Shown here: piece by piece, positions 9,868 to 20,425 of the stretch
How positions within the stretch are numbered: the first letter of the stretch is position 1
Layout of the letters: every line of letters starts with the position of its first letter
NCBI GenBank assembly: GCA_051006655.1
Contig: JBPCSZ010000038.1
Location: forward strand, 3,990 to 67,989
DNA length: 64,000 nucleotides
Reading direction: 5' to 3'
Source of the DNA: Chitinophagaceae bacterium
GTDB taxonomy: Bacteria; Bacteroidota; Bacteroidia; Chitinophagales; Chitinophagaceae
Notes under the pieces: generated by a model
Told to the model about the DNA's origin: nothing
Database searches by the model: none
What the model saw: the letters and a program-made list of their open reading frames with translations, nothing else
Position numbers and translations under genes: made by a program

Positions 9868-10536
9868 ATGATTTTACAGCAACAAGATACCCCAAGGCAT
9901 AAAGGCATGCGGGAAAGACTGATTGGCGAATTACGCGAAAAAGGCATCAAAGATGAAGGGGTTTTGCGTGCCATGCAGAAAATACCGCGTCACTTTTTTC
10001 TCGATTCCGCCTTCGATAATATTGCCTACGAAGACCGAGCCTTTCCCATTGAAGCCGATCAAACCATTTCGCAACCCTATACCGTAGCCTATCAAAGTGC
10101 CTTGTTGGAAATTAAACCCTTGGAAAAAGTATTGGAAATTGGAACGGGTTCGGCCTATCAAGCCACGGTATTAGCCGAATTGGGGGCCTTTGTATTTACC
10201 ATTGAACGCATCAAAACCTTGTTTATGGTGCGCGAAAAACGGTATCCCTTCGCGTCGCAATACAAAGTGAAAATTAAATTCTTTTACGGCGATGGCTTCG
10301 AAGGCTTACCGCAATTCGCGCCCTTCGATAAAATATTAATTACCGCGGCTGCCCCTGAAATTCCACCGAAATTATTGGCGCAATTAAAGCCCGGTGGACT
10401 CATGGTATTGCCCCTCGATAAACCGGAGGGGAACAAGCAAGTGATGTTGCGCATTCGGAAAATAAACGATACTGAATACGAAACCGAAACCTTCGAAGAT
10501 TTTAGTTTCGTGCCTATGTTGAAAGGACGCGATTAG
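9868..10536 (+). CDS. pcm: Protein-L-isoaspartate O-methyltransferase
   Basis: 222 aa. It has a QTISQPYTVA motif and the SAM-binding motif VLEIGTGSAYQA. Confidence 0.9.
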   Translation: MILQQQDTPRHKGMRERLIGELREKGIKDEGVLRAMQKIPRHFFLDSAFDNIAYEDRAFPIEADQTISQPYTVAYQSALLEIKPLEKVLEIGTGSAYQATVLAELGAFVFTIERIKTLFMVREKRYPFASQYKVKIKFFYGDGFEGLPQFAPFDKILITAAAPEIPPKLLAQLKPGGLMVLPLDKPEGNKQVMLRIRKINDTEYETETFEDFSFVPMLKGRD

Positions 10537-10537
10537 A

Positions 10538-11581
10538 TTATTGATTCAACTCGCGCAAATCGGGGCGTAAACGATGCCTCGATTTATTGAAAATCAAATT
10601 GCTTTTATCGAGTCCTTTGCGCATTTCTTTGCGGGTTTCGTCGGGTAAAGCATGCACTTCTTTACACGGTTCACTACAACAATTATCCATTTGCGCTTTG
10701 CAGGCATCGCATTGAATGAATAATAGGTGGCAGGCCTCGTTGGCGCAATTGGTATGGGTATCGCAAGGCTTGCCGCATTGATGGCATTCCGAAATTACTT
10801 CCTCCGAAATACGTTCGCCCATGCGGTCGTCGAATACAAAATTCTTTCCTTTGAAACGAATGGGTAAGCCTTGTTCTTTGGCGGTGCGGGCATAATGAAT
10901 AATACCGCCTTCCACATGATACACATTTTTAAAACCATTGTGTAACATATAAGCACTGGCTTTTTCGCAACGAATACCGCCGGTGCAATACATAATCATT
11001 GGCTTGTCTTTCTGCTCTTTGAACATATCGACCGCCATGGGTAATTGTTCACGGAAAGTATCGGAAGGCACTTCAATGGCGCGCTCGAAATGCCCCACTT
11101 CATATTCATAATGATTGCGCATGTCCACCACAATCACCTCCGGATTGTCGAGCATGGCATTCAATTCTTCGGCTTTCAAATATTGTCCTGTTTTAGCCGG
11201 ATCGAATTCCATATCGCTAATGCCGTCGGCTACAATCTTCTCGCGCACCTTCACTTTCAACACAAAGAAGGATTTCCCGTCATCGTCTACCGCAATGTTC
11301 AAGCGAACCTGATTCAAGGCTTCGATGCTGTACAAATAGGTTTTGAGGGCTTCGAAATTAGAAGCAGGCACACTAATTTGGGCGTTGATTCCTTCATGGG
11401 CCAAATAAATACGGCCAAATACCTTGAGTTTATTCAGTTCAATATACAAGGTATCCCGAAAGGCATTCGGGTCTTCAATTTTGAAATACTTGTAAAACGA
11501 AATGGTGGTGCGGGGTTCGGTTTCTTGTAATAAACGCTCCCGTAATTCGGCGTGCGAAATGCGATTGACTAACTGTGGCAT
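10538..11581 (-). CDS. trhO: Rhodanese-domain tRNA U34 hydroxylase (UPF0176/TrhO family)
   Basis: 347 aa. It has an N-terminal UPF0176 domain, the rhodanese active-site loop [13 protein letters not shown] and a Cys-rich C-terminal tail. Confidence 0.8.
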   Translation of the reverse strand: MPQLVNRISHAELRERLLQETEPRTTISFYKYFKIEDPNAFRDTLYIELNKLKVFGRIYLAHEGINAQISVPASNFEALKTYLYSIEALNQVRLNIAVDDDGKSFFVLKVKVREKIVADGISDMEFDPAKTGQYLKAEELNAMLDNPEVIVVDMRNHYEYEVGHFERAIEVPSDTFREQLPMAVDMFKEQKDKPMIMYCTGGIRCEKASAYMLHNGFKNVYHVEGGIIHYARTAKEQGLPIRFKGKNFVFDDRMGERISEEVISECHQCGKPCDTHTNCANEACHLLFIQCDACKAQMDNCCSEPCKEVHALPDETRKEMRKGLDKSNLIFNKSRHRLRPDLRELNQ

Positions 11582-11743
11582 AGTGTTTTAGTTTAGCTTG
11601 TTTGCAGAACAAGCAACGATGAACAGAGCAAAGTTAGGGTTTGTGGACTTTTCTTTCGACTGATTTACATCATGTTTTGGCAATAATTCAGGTTAAACGC
11701 CGTTTGTTACGGGTATAAACCTAAAATGTTCTATTTTTAAAGC

Positions 11744-12898
11744 ATGTTCGAAGCATACCTGAATCGGCGAAACTTATTGGTTTTGTTGGCCCTCCTCATT
11801 GCCGGTGGTGCTTTGTTTTTTGCCAATCATTTAACCCGACGTTTGGCCGAAGAAGAAAAGAAGAAAGTGGAATTGATTCGGCAAGCCTTGGAAGTTGTGG
11901 TAAAAGAAACCGACGATTTTCCGTTGTTGGCCTTTACCGTGATTCATTCCAATACCACTATTCCCTTAATTAATACCGATGCGGAAGACCATATTATTAG
12001 TTATAACAATATTGATACCAGTGGTATTGGCAACCTCCAAGAACGCGATGTTTATTTGAATGAACAATTACGGCGCTTAAAGGCCATGCATAAACCTGTT
12101 GAAATTCGAATTGATGAACAGAACAAGCAATATGTGTATTATGGCGAATCGGCGTTGCTGAAGCAATTGCGCTACTTTCCGTATGCCTTATTGCTCATTT
12201 TGTTTGTGTTCTTGGTGATGGTGGTGGTGTATGTAAGCTCTTCGAACCGACGCATTCAAGATCGGGTATGGGTGGGTATGAGCAAGGAAACGGCCCATCA
12301 ATTAGGGACACCCTTGAATTCGTTGGTAGCCTGGTTGGAACTTTTAAAAGCCGAACAAGGCGAATCGGCTATATTAGATGAAATGCATAAAGACGTCAAT
12401 CGTTTGCAATTGATTGCCGATCGTTTTTCGAAAATTGGAAGTCAACCCCAATTGCACCCCGAAGACATTACAATCCACTTGCGTGATATTGTAACGTATA
12501 TGGAAAAACGCGCTTCGAGTCAAGTGGTATTTGATTTGCAAGTGCCTAGCCAAGCGGTTTTGGCCCCCATTTCAGGTCCTTTATTCGATTGGGTGATGGA
12601 GAATTTATTGCGCAATGCCCTCGATGCGATGTCGGGCAAGGGACAAATTACAGTGGTATTGTCTGAAGCCGGCGATTGGCTTCATATTGATGTCAGCGAT
12701 ACCGGCAAGGGCATATTGCCGGCCCATGTGAACAAGGTATTTAATCCGGGTTTTTCTACCAAGAAACGTGGCTGGGGCTTGGGTTTGTCCTTATCTAAAC
12801 GGATTATACACGAGTATCACCATGGACAAATTGCGGTGAAAAAATCGGTGCCGGGCAAGGGCACTACCTTCCGTATTCAGTTGCGCCGTACGGTATAG
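11744..12898 (+). CDS. Sensor histidine kinase
   Basis: 384 aa with two TM segments, the H-box ETAHQLGTPLNSL and the HATPase motifs NALDA, DTGKGI and GWGLGLSL. Confidence 0.8.
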   Translation: MFEAYLNRRNLLVLLALLIAGGALFFANHLTRRLAEEEKKKVELIRQALEVVVKETDDFPLLAFTVIHSNTTIPLINTDAEDHIISYNNIDTSGIGNLQERDVYLNEQLRRLKAMHKPVEIRIDEQNKQYVYYGESALLKQLRYFPYALLLILFVFLVMVVVYVSSSNRRIQDRVWVGMSKETAHQLGTPLNSLVAWLELLKAEQGESAILDEMHKDVNRLQLIADRFSKIGSQPQLHPEDITIHLRDIVTYMEKRASSQVVFDLQVPSQAVLAPISGPLFDWVMENLLRNALDAMSGKGQITVVLSEAGDWLHIDVSDTGKGILPAHVNKVFNPGFSTKKRGWGLGLSLSKRIIHEYHHGQIAVKKSVPGKGTTFRIQLRRTV

Positions 12899-12963
12899 GT
12901 GGGTGATAATTTTAGAAACGGCATTGAAAATACCTTTACATTTGCCCTTCAAAATTTTACAGC

Positions 12964-14496
12964 TTGGCAATACTAGGCAGTTTAATCAGTCGCTCACTCC
13001 GCATTCGCGAATCGTTTACCATTAAAACCGGCACCCCGCGTTCGTATCAAATACAAGTGTTGAATCGTTTATTGAAAACGGCTCGGAATACGCAATTTGG
13101 TAAACATTACGACTTTAACGGGTTATTGCAAAACAAGCATATGCTCGATGAGTTTCGTGCTCGTGTGCCATACCACAATTACAATCAGATGTATAACCGT
13201 TGGTGGAAGTTTTGCCACGAAGGGGAATCGGATATTTGTTGGCCGGGTAAGGTGAAATATTTTGCGTTGAGTTCGGGAACATCGGAAAGTGCCAGTAAGC
13301 ATATTCCGGTTACGAAGGATATGATTAAATCGGTGAAGCGTGCCGGCTTCAAACAATTTTACTCCATGCAAAATTTCGATTTACCGGAATCGGTTTTCGA
13401 AAAAGGAGTTTTGATGCTGGGCGGTACCACCTCCTTGTTTGAGCATGGCGATTATTACGAAGGCGATATGAGTGGCATTAGTGCCAAGAACATGCCGAAG
13501 TGGTTATCGTTTTTATTTTACAAGCCGGGTATTAGTATTTCGAAACGCAGGCGCTGGGAAGACCGTATTCGCTTGATTGTGCGCAAAGCCCCCCAATGGA
13601 ATGTGGGCACCGTTTGCGGTGTTCCGGCTTGGGTTCAAATTGTATTTGAAGAAATTATCAAGTACCACAAACTGAAATCGATTCATGATATTTGGCCCAA
13701 CTTGGCCTTGTATATTCATGGTGGGGTATCGTTTGAACCCTACCGCGAAAATTTTAAAAACTTATTGGGGAAACCCATTACCTATATTGAAACCTATATG
13801 GCCTCGGAAGGTTCGTTTGGGTTTCAGGCCCGTCCGAATACACCGGGGATTCGCTTCATTTTAAACAATGGTATTTTTTACGAATTTGTACCTTTCAATG
13901 AAGACTCATTTACCGAAGACGGAGAAGTGAAGCAAGGGGCGAAATCGTATTTGATTCATGAGGTGGTGGAAGACAAAGAGTATGCCGTGGTTTTATCGAC
14001 CGTATCGGGGGCATGGCGTTATTTGATTGGTGATGTGGTGAAGTTTACTTCGGTGAAAGACAGTGAATTCATTATTGTTGGGCGAACCAAACAATTTATG
14101 AGTTTATGTGGCGAACATCTTAGCATCGATAACATGAACAAAGCCATCGATGAAATGCAACGCAAGTTGAACATTACGGTGAAGGAATTCACTTTGGCCG
14201 GTTATATGGAAGATGGCCATTTTGCCCACCGTTGGTATATTGGTTGCGACGATTCGAGTGTTTCGCCCGAGGCCATGTTGCAATCGATTGATGAAACCTT
14301 GTGTCGCGTAAACGACGATTATGCCGTGGAGCGTACATCGGCTTTACCGAATGTGTATGTGACCGTTTTACCCACGCATCGCTTCATTGATTTTTTACAT
14401 GCCACCGGTAAGTTTGGCGCCATGAATAAATTTCCGCGTGTGCTGAAAAACAAGCAGTTGGCGGAATGGCAAGATTTTTTAAATCAAACCAAATAG
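12964..14496 (+). CDS. GH3 auxin-responsive promoter family protein
   Basis: 510 aa. The N-terminus QVLNRLLKTARNTQFGKHYDF and ALSSGTSESASKHIPV match the bacterial GH3 (acyl-adenylate-forming) family. A TAcaTTTG box lies about 25 nt upstream. Confidence 0.8.
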   Translation: MAILGSLISRSLRIRESFTIKTGTPRSYQIQVLNRLLKTARNTQFGKHYDFNGLLQNKHMLDEFRARVPYHNYNQMYNRWWKFCHEGESDICWPGKVKYFALSSGTSESASKHIPVTKDMIKSVKRAGFKQFYSMQNFDLPESVFEKGVLMLGGTTSLFEHGDYYEGDMSGISAKNMPKWLSFLFYKPGISISKRRRWEDRIRLIVRKAPQWNVGTVCGVPAWVQIVFEEIIKYHKLKSIHDIWPNLALYIHGGVSFEPYRENFKNLLGKPITYIETYMASEGSFGFQARPNTPGIRFILNNGIFYEFVPFNEDSFTEDGEVKQGAKSYLIHEVVEDKEYAVVLSTVSGAWRYLIGDVVKFTSVKDSEFIIVGRTKQFMSLCGEHLSIDNMNKAIDEMQRKLNITVKEFTLAGYMEDGHFAHRWYIGCDDSSVSPEAMLQSIDETLCRVNDDYAVERTSALPNVYVTVLPTHRFIDFLHATGKFGAMNKFPRVLKNKQLAEWQDFLNQTK

Positions 14497-14520
14497 TTGA
14501 TAAAAGTGCTGCTGCTGAAA

Positions 14521-14659
14521 GGCTGCGGGATACAAAGGGGAAGACGCGCTCGCTCACGCGAACGCGAAAGCGTGTGGCGGGAAGCGAGTGCGGCCGTAGC
14601 GAAGCGAAGCCCGGAGTAGCCCGATAGTAGATGATGGGCTTGCTTCGACGAGAGCCCCA
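14521..14659. repeat. GC-rich intergenic element (family member A)
   Basis: GGCTGCGGGATACAAAGGGGAAGAC at 14521-14545 matches 42504-42528 at 24 of 25 positions. The copies share an internal GCGAGTGCG and a 3' block GAAGCGAAGCCCGGAGTAGCCCGA. A potential hairpin is GAAGCGAAGCCC...GGGCTTGCTTC. Confidence 0.6.
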
Positions 14660-14741
14660 CTGAATTCTGCTCGATTTATGCACACGCTTTCTTAATATTT
14701 TAACGTCTACCACCTACCCATAAACCCCTATATTTGTCGCT

Positions 14742-15923
14742 ATGGGGTCAACACTGCGCAAATGGCTTTTTTTGCTTGCCGTATTGGTGAGCGGGGGTTC
14801 GTGCACCCTAAATGGGAAGGCACCCAACCCCCTCGAGGATGGACCTCGTTTTGGAAAAATTACCTTACAATATACCGATACCACGAAGCCCGACATTCGG
14901 GATATGATATACCGACTCGATACGTTTTACCGACGCGAAATTGCGGCCGGGTTTAATGGGAGCGTATTGGTGGGTTATAAAGGGAAAATTCTATACGAGC
15001 GTTATTATGGATTTAGCGATAAGGAATTGGGGGCGAAGTGGGCACCCGAAACGCAAAGTCAATTAGCCTCAACGTCGAAAACTTTAACCTCGGGAGCGGT
15101 TTTATTGTTGTACGATAAAGGCTTACTGAAGCTCGATGAAAAGGTGAAAACGTATATTCCAGAATTTCCGTACGAGGTAATTACGGTGCGGATGTTATTG
15201 AATCATCGGAGCGGTTTGCCCGATTATATTCACTTTGCACCGAAGCCAAAAAACAAACCGTTTTTGAACAATGAAGACTTGGTGCAACTGTTTGCGAAAA
15301 TGAAACCCAAGTTGTTGTTCACGCCCAACACGCATTTCAAATATTCGAATTCGAACTTTGCTTTATTGGCCACCATCATTGAACGCGTGAGCGGTTACAA
15401 GTACGATTATTTCATGCGTCGTTTTATTTTCACGCCACTTGGTATGGACTGCACCTTTGTGCACGACCCCGAAAAAGAAGTGGCTTGTACTAAGGCATTT
15501 TGTTACCGTAGTTCGTGGTTGAAAGAACCCGACATGCACCACGATGGGGTATGGGGCGATAAAGGCATTTACAGTTCGGTGCGCGATTTGTATAAGTGGG
15601 ATCAAGCCTTGTATGCCGGCAAATTAATTAAGCCGGAAACCTTGGAAGAAGCCTTCAAGCCTTACAGTTTTGAAATGGCAGGTGTGAAGAATTATGGCTT
15701 GGGATGGCGTATGTTGAATTATCCCGACGGCGTGAAAATTGTGTACCACAATGGTTGGTGGCACGGGAATAACACGTGTTTTTATCGCTTCATTCAAGAC
15801 AATTTTACCATCATTATTTTGGGGAATAAATTCAACAAGAATATTTACCGACAGCCGCAAAAAATATTCGGCATTATGATGAATAATGGCGATTCGGGCT
15901 TCGATGATTCCGGTGAAGATTAA
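14742..15923 (+). CDS. Serine hydrolase, beta-lactamase/PBP4* family
   Basis: 393 aa with a lipoprotein-type signal, the SxxK motif ASTSKTLTS and a YSN motif. Confidence 0.85.
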   Translation: MGSTLRKWLFLLAVLVSGGSCTLNGKAPNPLEDGPRFGKITLQYTDTTKPDIRDMIYRLDTFYRREIAAGFNGSVLVGYKGKILYERYYGFSDKELGAKWAPETQSQLASTSKTLTSGAVLLLYDKGLLKLDEKVKTYIPEFPYEVITVRMLLNHRSGLPDYIHFAPKPKNKPFLNNEDLVQLFAKMKPKLLFTPNTHFKYSNSNFALLATIIERVSGYKYDYFMRRFIFTPLGMDCTFVHDPEKEVACTKAFCYRSSWLKEPDMHHDGVWGDKGIYSSVRDLYKWDQALYAGKLIKPETLEEAFKPYSFEMAGVKNYGLGWRMLNYPDGVKIVYHNGWWHGNNTCFYRFIQDNFTIIILGNKFNKNIYRQPQKIFGIMMNNGDSGFDDSGED

Positions 15924-15926
15924 TAC

Positions 15927-16544
15927 TTAATCGCTTTCGGGCAATGCCTTGAGTGTGAGTCCACGAAGCTCTTGCAAGCGTGGCCACACCGCCTCGTACA
16001 TATTGAATGGAATGGCAATGCGTTGGGTGCAAAACAAGCCCATGTTTTGTTCCAATACCGTTACGTTGAAGGGTTTTAAACAACGCATCACCTCGTTCAT
16101 AAGGGTATAATCGAATTCGAGTTCGGCGATATGGCAACGGTCGAATGCTTGTATACCGGCTTCTTGAAGGGCTTGTGTAGCGGCCGTTTTATACGCTGAA
16201 ATTAAACCGGGTACGCCCAATTTCGAACCGCCGAAATAACGCACCACCACCACCAGCACCCGGGTTAAATTCAAACTATCAATTTGTCCCAAAATGGGTT
16301 TACCGGCACTGCCACTGGGTTCGCCGTCGTCGTTGGCGCGGTACAAGGTTTTATTATACCCCAAACGCCAGGCATAGCAATAGTGGGTAGCGCGGGGAAA
16401 CTCCGTTTTAATTTGTTCCAAAGCAGTTTTAATATCGGCTTGTTGGGTAATGGGTAATGCAATACCAATAAAGCGACTGCCACGGTCTTTGAATTCCGAA
16501 ACGGCCCGATGGGTTAAGGATAAATAAGTGGCTTGTTCTGACAA
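15927..16544 (-). CDS. YigZ/IMPACT family protein (UPF0029)
   Basis: 205 aa. GSRFIG, HYCYAWRLG and DDGEPSGSAGKPIL are the characteristic motifs. Confidence 0.8.
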   Translation of the reverse strand: MSEQATYLSLTHRAVSEFKDRGSRFIGIALPITQQADIKTALEQIKTEFPRATHYCYAWRLGYNKTLYRANDDGEPSGSAGKPILGQIDSLNLTRVLVVVVRYFGGSKLGVPGLISAYKTAATQALQEAGIQAFDRCHIAELEFDYTLMNEVMRCLKPFNVTVLEQNMGLFCTQRIAIPFNMYEAVWPRLQELRGLTLKALPESD

Positions 16545-16555
16545 TGAAAACGAAT

Positions 16556-17443
16556 TTATTTAGCCATGAAAATAAGTAAGATGGCCCCCAAAGCCAAGGC
16601 CAATCCCAGGTAATTAAGTCCGCGTAATTTTTCTTTAAACATAAAAATACCGCATAAACTCACCACCAATAAAATGCCAATATTGTTGATGGGAATTATG
16701 GCCGAACTATTTAAACTCGGGTGTTCGAGGGCTTTGATAAGAAAGTAAATGGAGAAATAATTGGGTACGCCTAAAACAATACCGCCTATTAGGTGTTTCC
16801 AAGCAAAGGTTTTTGTTCCTCGAGCGTATTGAATACCCAATACCAAGGAACCCCACAAGGCAGCCGCGCTGAAACCTGCAATTAAATAAGCATTGGCAAT
16901 GGCTTCGGTGTGAATATAACGGCGTTGCACATAGGTGGTTAAGGCATCAATGAATCCGCTGTTTAAAAATAGCAATACCGGCAGGAAGGCGGCTAAGCCT
17001 ATACCGGTGGTATTGCCGGCTTCGCTTTTGTTTTGTGGGTTATACGACATTAAAATAACGGCGGCGAGTGCCAAAATAATTCCTACAATTTTTAAGGGCA
17101 ATATGGCTTCGCCGTAGGCCCAAAATGAAATGATAACGGGAATGACCAACGATAATTTATTGGCGGTTTGCGTTACCGTAACACCCACTTGCACCGATGA
17201 ACGCGCAATTAAATTGAAGGTGGCAATGAACATAGAGCCCATCACAAACGACCATATCATCCACGGTTCTTGTAAGGTATTTGGTTGCAAGGGGAAGCCA
17301 CCTGAATAAATAGAACCGGTAATGACACACGTGAAATAATTAAACACAATGGCTTGAAAGGCATCCACCCCAAAGCGTTTAAAGAAGGTGAAGATGATGC
17401 CTAAATAGGCGCTGAATAATATGGAGAGAATAAGGAATAGCAT
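16556..17443 (-). CDS. EamA/DMT superfamily transporter
   Basis: 295 aa with about 10 predicted TM helices in two similar halves. Confidence 0.7.
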   Translation of the reverse strand: MLFLILSILFSAYLGIIFTFFKRFGVDAFQAIVFNYFTCVITGSIYSGGFPLQPNTLQEPWMIWSFVMGSMFIATFNLIARSSVQVGVTVTQTANKLSLVIPVIISFWAYGEAILPLKIVGIILALAAVILMSYNPQNKSEAGNTTGIGLAAFLPVLLFLNSGFIDALTTYVQRRYIHTEAIANAYLIAGFSAAALWGSLVLGIQYARGTKTFAWKHLIGGIVLGVPNYFSIYFLIKALEHPSLNSSAIIPINNIGILLVVSLCGIFMFKEKLRGLNYLGLALALGAILLIFMAK

Positions 17444-17446
17444 GGC

Positions 17447-18478
17447 TTATAAGGCGTTGAAACAGGCGAGGGTATCTTGGCCCATCTTCAAGGTAGATAC
17501 GTGTTGTAGTGATGGTGGTAAGGTGGGGGCGGGGACACCTTGGTGTAATAAAATGGGACTTTGAATACGCCAAAGTGTATCGAACAAGCCTTGTTGTATG
17601 AGGGTTTGTAATAACTGTGGACCGCCTTCTACCATCAGGGTTTGAATGTGTTGTTGGTATAAGTAGTGAACAATTTTTTCTTCAATGGAATCTGTACCAA
17701 TGGCAATGAAACGGCGTTGACCGATTTCGGCATTGAGGTCTTGCGTGAAAATCCAAGCCGGCATATCATCTTGAAAATATTGCGCTTCGTTCGGGTCTTG
17801 AAGTTGTCGGTCGTATGTAATTCGAATGGGTGAAGGTCCGGGAAGCAAGCGATTGTTTAATTGGGGTTGATCGATTAAAACCGTATTCATACCCACCCAA
17901 ATGGCTTGGTGTTGGCGCCGTAAATCGTGCACCCAAAATTGTGTACTGGGCCCACTAATGGGCGTGCGCTCACCGGAACGGGCTACAAAACCATCGGCCG
18001 ATTCCGCCCATTTGAGGGTGATATGCGGACGATGCTTTTCGTGGTACGTAAAGAAACCGGGATTTAAATCGCGGGCTTCTTTTTCCATAATGCCAATATC
18101 AACATGAATACCCGCTTCGCGAAGCAAGGCAACACCACGACCATTTACTTTTTCCGAAGGGTCTTGACAAGCTATTAAGACATGTGGAATTTTTTCTTGC
18201 ACAATCCGATTCGCACAGGGCGGTGTTTTGCCCGTATGCGAACAAGGTTCGAGGGTAACATATAAAGTCGATGCCTGAATGAAGGGCTTATCGGCTTCGC
18301 ACACGCTATTCAAACAATTCACTTCCGCATGGGCTTGTCCAAATTGCGCATGCCACCCCTCGCCAATCACGCGACCTTGATGCACCAATACTGCACCCAC
18401 CAAGGGATTGGGACGTGCAAACGGAATCCCGTTGCGGGCCAAGTCTATACTGCGTTGCATGTAAAGGTCGTGCGTCAT
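17447..18478 (-). CDS. ribD: Bifunctional riboflavin biosynthesis protein RibD (pyrimidine deaminase / uracil reductase)
   Basis: It has the deaminase zinc motifs HAEVN and TLEPCSHTGKTPPC and a C-terminal reductase domain. The track ORF starts at 18568, but MTHDLYMQRSIDLA (ATG 18478) matches the usual N-terminus. Confidence 0.88.
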   Translation of the reverse strand: MTHDLYMQRSIDLARNGIPFARPNPLVGAVLVHQGRVIGEGWHAQFGQAHAEVNCLNSVCEADKPFIQASTLYVTLEPCSHTGKTPPCANRIVQEKIPHVLIACQDPSEKVNGRGVALLREAGIHVDIGIMEKEARDLNPGFFTYHEKHRPHITLKWAESADGFVARSGERTPISGPSTQFWVHDLRRQHQAIWVGMNTVLIDQPQLNNRLLPGPSPIRITYDRQLQDPNEAQYFQDDMPAWIFTQDLNAEIGQRRFIAIGTDSIEEKIVHYLYQQHIQTLMVEGGPQLLQTLIQQGLFDTLWRIQSPILLHQGVPAPTLPPSLQHVSTLKMGQDTLACFNAL

Positions 18479-18548
18479 TGCGGCTACAAAAGTACACGTT
18501 TCAGTGTGAGGCGCGCGGTTGTGTTGTAACTTTGCCAAAAAAATAGGT

Positions 18549-19001
18549 ATGCGTTTATTCTGCTTCATTGGCTGTTTGATCTTAGGCCTCGCTTCGTGTA
18601 AACCGCCACAAGCCTCCGATGCACCCGATGCCGAAGTTTTATTAGATTCTATTTCTATATTGAATATCCGTTTAGATTCATTGGCTAAAACTGAGGTGCA
18701 GGGTGGCGATTTAGAGTATTGGACGCAATACAGTCAAACCTTAAATCAGTTAAAAGAACAAGGCATCGAAGATCCTAAAACCTATGTGGCCAATGCCTTG
18801 AGTGAACGTCCCGAATTAATTCCCATGAAAGCGGTCTTGGGGGGCAAAATGTTGTTCACGCGCATCATGCTCATGGGCGATCATTGGGCCATTGCCGAAT
18901 TTGAAGACGGCCACGTAGGCGGCGAAATGTTATTGTCGTACACCGTCGATGCCAAAAATAATATCAGCTGGAAATCCATTCAATCGCATCAAGTCGATTA
19001 A
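18549..19001 (+). CDS. Hypothetical lipoprotein
   Basis: MRLFCFIGCLILGLASC gives a signal peptide plus lipobox. No recognised family. Confidence 0.5.
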   Translation: MRLFCFIGCLILGLASCKPPQASDAPDAEVLLDSISILNIRLDSLAKTEVQGGDLEYWTQYSQTLNQLKEQGIEDPKTYVANALSERPELIPMKAVLGGKMLFTRIMLMGDHWAIAEFEDGHVGGEMLLSYTVDAKNNISWKSIQSHQVD

Positions 19002-20293
19002 GGCGTTAAGGCTAATTTATACGTTTTTAAACAACGTTCGCGGGCCATGGCATGATCAACCATCGGGGCAGGGTATTGGCTTGTTCCCCATTCGGGAATC
19101 CATTGTTTAATATACCGATGTTGTGGATCGAACTTTTGGGTTTGCAAGCTTGGATTGAACACCCTGAAATAAGGCGCGGCATCAACCCCGCAACCCGCTG
19201 CCCATTGCCATCCGCCATTGTTCGAAGCCAATTCAAAATCGAGGAGTTTCTGGGCAAAGTAAGCCTCGCCCCAACGCCAATCAATCAACAAGTGTTTGGT
19301 TAAAAACGAAGCCACCACCATACGCACGCGGTTATGCATCCATCCCGTTTCGTTGAGTTGACGCATCCCGGCATCCACCAAGGGATAACCGGTTTTGCCG
19401 TCGCACCAAGCTTGAAATTCCGCTTGATTATTACGCCATTGAATTTTGTCGTATTGCTCCTTAAACGCCGTATTCACCACCCGCGGAAAATGCCACATAA
19501 TTTGTTGGTAGAATTCCCGCCAAATCAATTCGTTTAAAAATTTTTCATTTTGCTCCATGGCATACCGCACCAATTTTCGGTAACTCAAGGTGCCAAAGCG
19601 CAAATGAATGCCCAATTGTGTAGTGCCATGAATAGCAGGAATATCGCGGGTTTCATGGTATTGCTGAATAATGGAGCGCACTTCGGGTGGTTCCGGTGCG
19701 GGACAAACCACAGCCTCGAAACCCAAATCGTTTAAGGTAGGAAGGGTAAATTCCGCTTTCGCCAGTTTATGCATCAAGGGCGCCGTATCGAAAATTTGTA
19801 AACGTTCGGGGGCATTAGCCAAGGCTTGTTTCCATCGTTTACTGTAAGGCGTGTAAACCACATAAGGCTGTCCATCGTCTTTCACCACCTCGTTTTCTTC
19901 AAACAGCACATGGTCGCGAAACCGATGGAAGGCAATGTTTTTGGCCGCCAAAAAAGTGGCTATTTTTTCATCGCGTGCCGTGGCATAAGGCTCATAATCG
20001 CGGTGCGTGAAAACGGCCGAAATGGAATCGGGTAGGGTATTGAAAAATTCTTCCGGACGAATATGCAGCACTTGCAAGGAAGCGCCCTGCTCGGCAAGTT
20101 GTTGTTGCAGTTTGGTCAAACACCCATGAATAAAGGCTACACGGGCATCAGCTCGGGGTAGGGTGTCTAAAATATGCGGGTCGAACAAAAACACACATTG
20201 CACCGCTTCGTAGGCGCTCAAGGCCTCATACAAAGCGCGATGATCGTGCAAGCGCAAGTCGCGGCGAAGCCAAACCAAGGCGGTTTTTTTCAT
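18998..20293 (-). CDS. Deoxyribodipyrimidine photolyase (class I CPD photolyase/cryptochrome family)
   Basis: 431 aa. It has the N-terminal motif LVWLRRDLRLHDH and the FAD-binding region TGYPLVDAGMRQLNETGWMHNRVRMVVASFL. Confidence 0.9.
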   Translation of the reverse strand: MKKTALVWLRRDLRLHDHRALYEALSAYEAVQCVFLFDPHILDTLPRADARVAFIHGCLTKLQQQLAEQGASLQVLHIRPEEFFNTLPDSISAVFTHRDYEPYATARDEKIATFLAAKNIAFHRFRDHVLFEENEVVKDDGQPYVVYTPYSKRWKQALANAPERLQIFDTAPLMHKLAKAEFTLPTLNDLGFEAVVCPAPEPPEVRSIIQQYHETRDIPAIHGTTQLGIHLRFGTLSYRKLVRYAMEQNEKFLNELIWREFYQQIMWHFPRVVNTAFKEQYDKIQWRNNQAEFQAWCDGKTGYPLVDAGMRQLNETGWMHNRVRMVVASFLTKHLLIDWRWGEAYFAQKLLDFELASNNGGWQWAAGCGVDAAPYFRVFNPSLQTQKFDPQHRYIKQWIPEWGTSQYPAPMVDHAMARERCLKTYKLALTP

Positions 20294-20398
20294 GGCACAA
20301 GATTACTCAATTCCCCCTAAAGCCCACTAACCCCTTTCCAATAGGGTATAAAATGCGATTTTCGGCACTTAAAAAACGCATTCGGGCCTTTTTTGACG

Positions 20399-20406
20399 TA
20401 CATTTG
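20399..20406 (+). promoter_or_regulatory. Bacteroidota-type -7 box (TAcaTTTG) of queA
   Basis: TACATTTG lies 20 nt upstream of ATG 20426. It falls inside the longer track ORF (TTG 20393), which argues for the shorter start. Confidence 0.45.
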
Positions 20407-20425
20407 CACCCCTAATTACCTGTCC

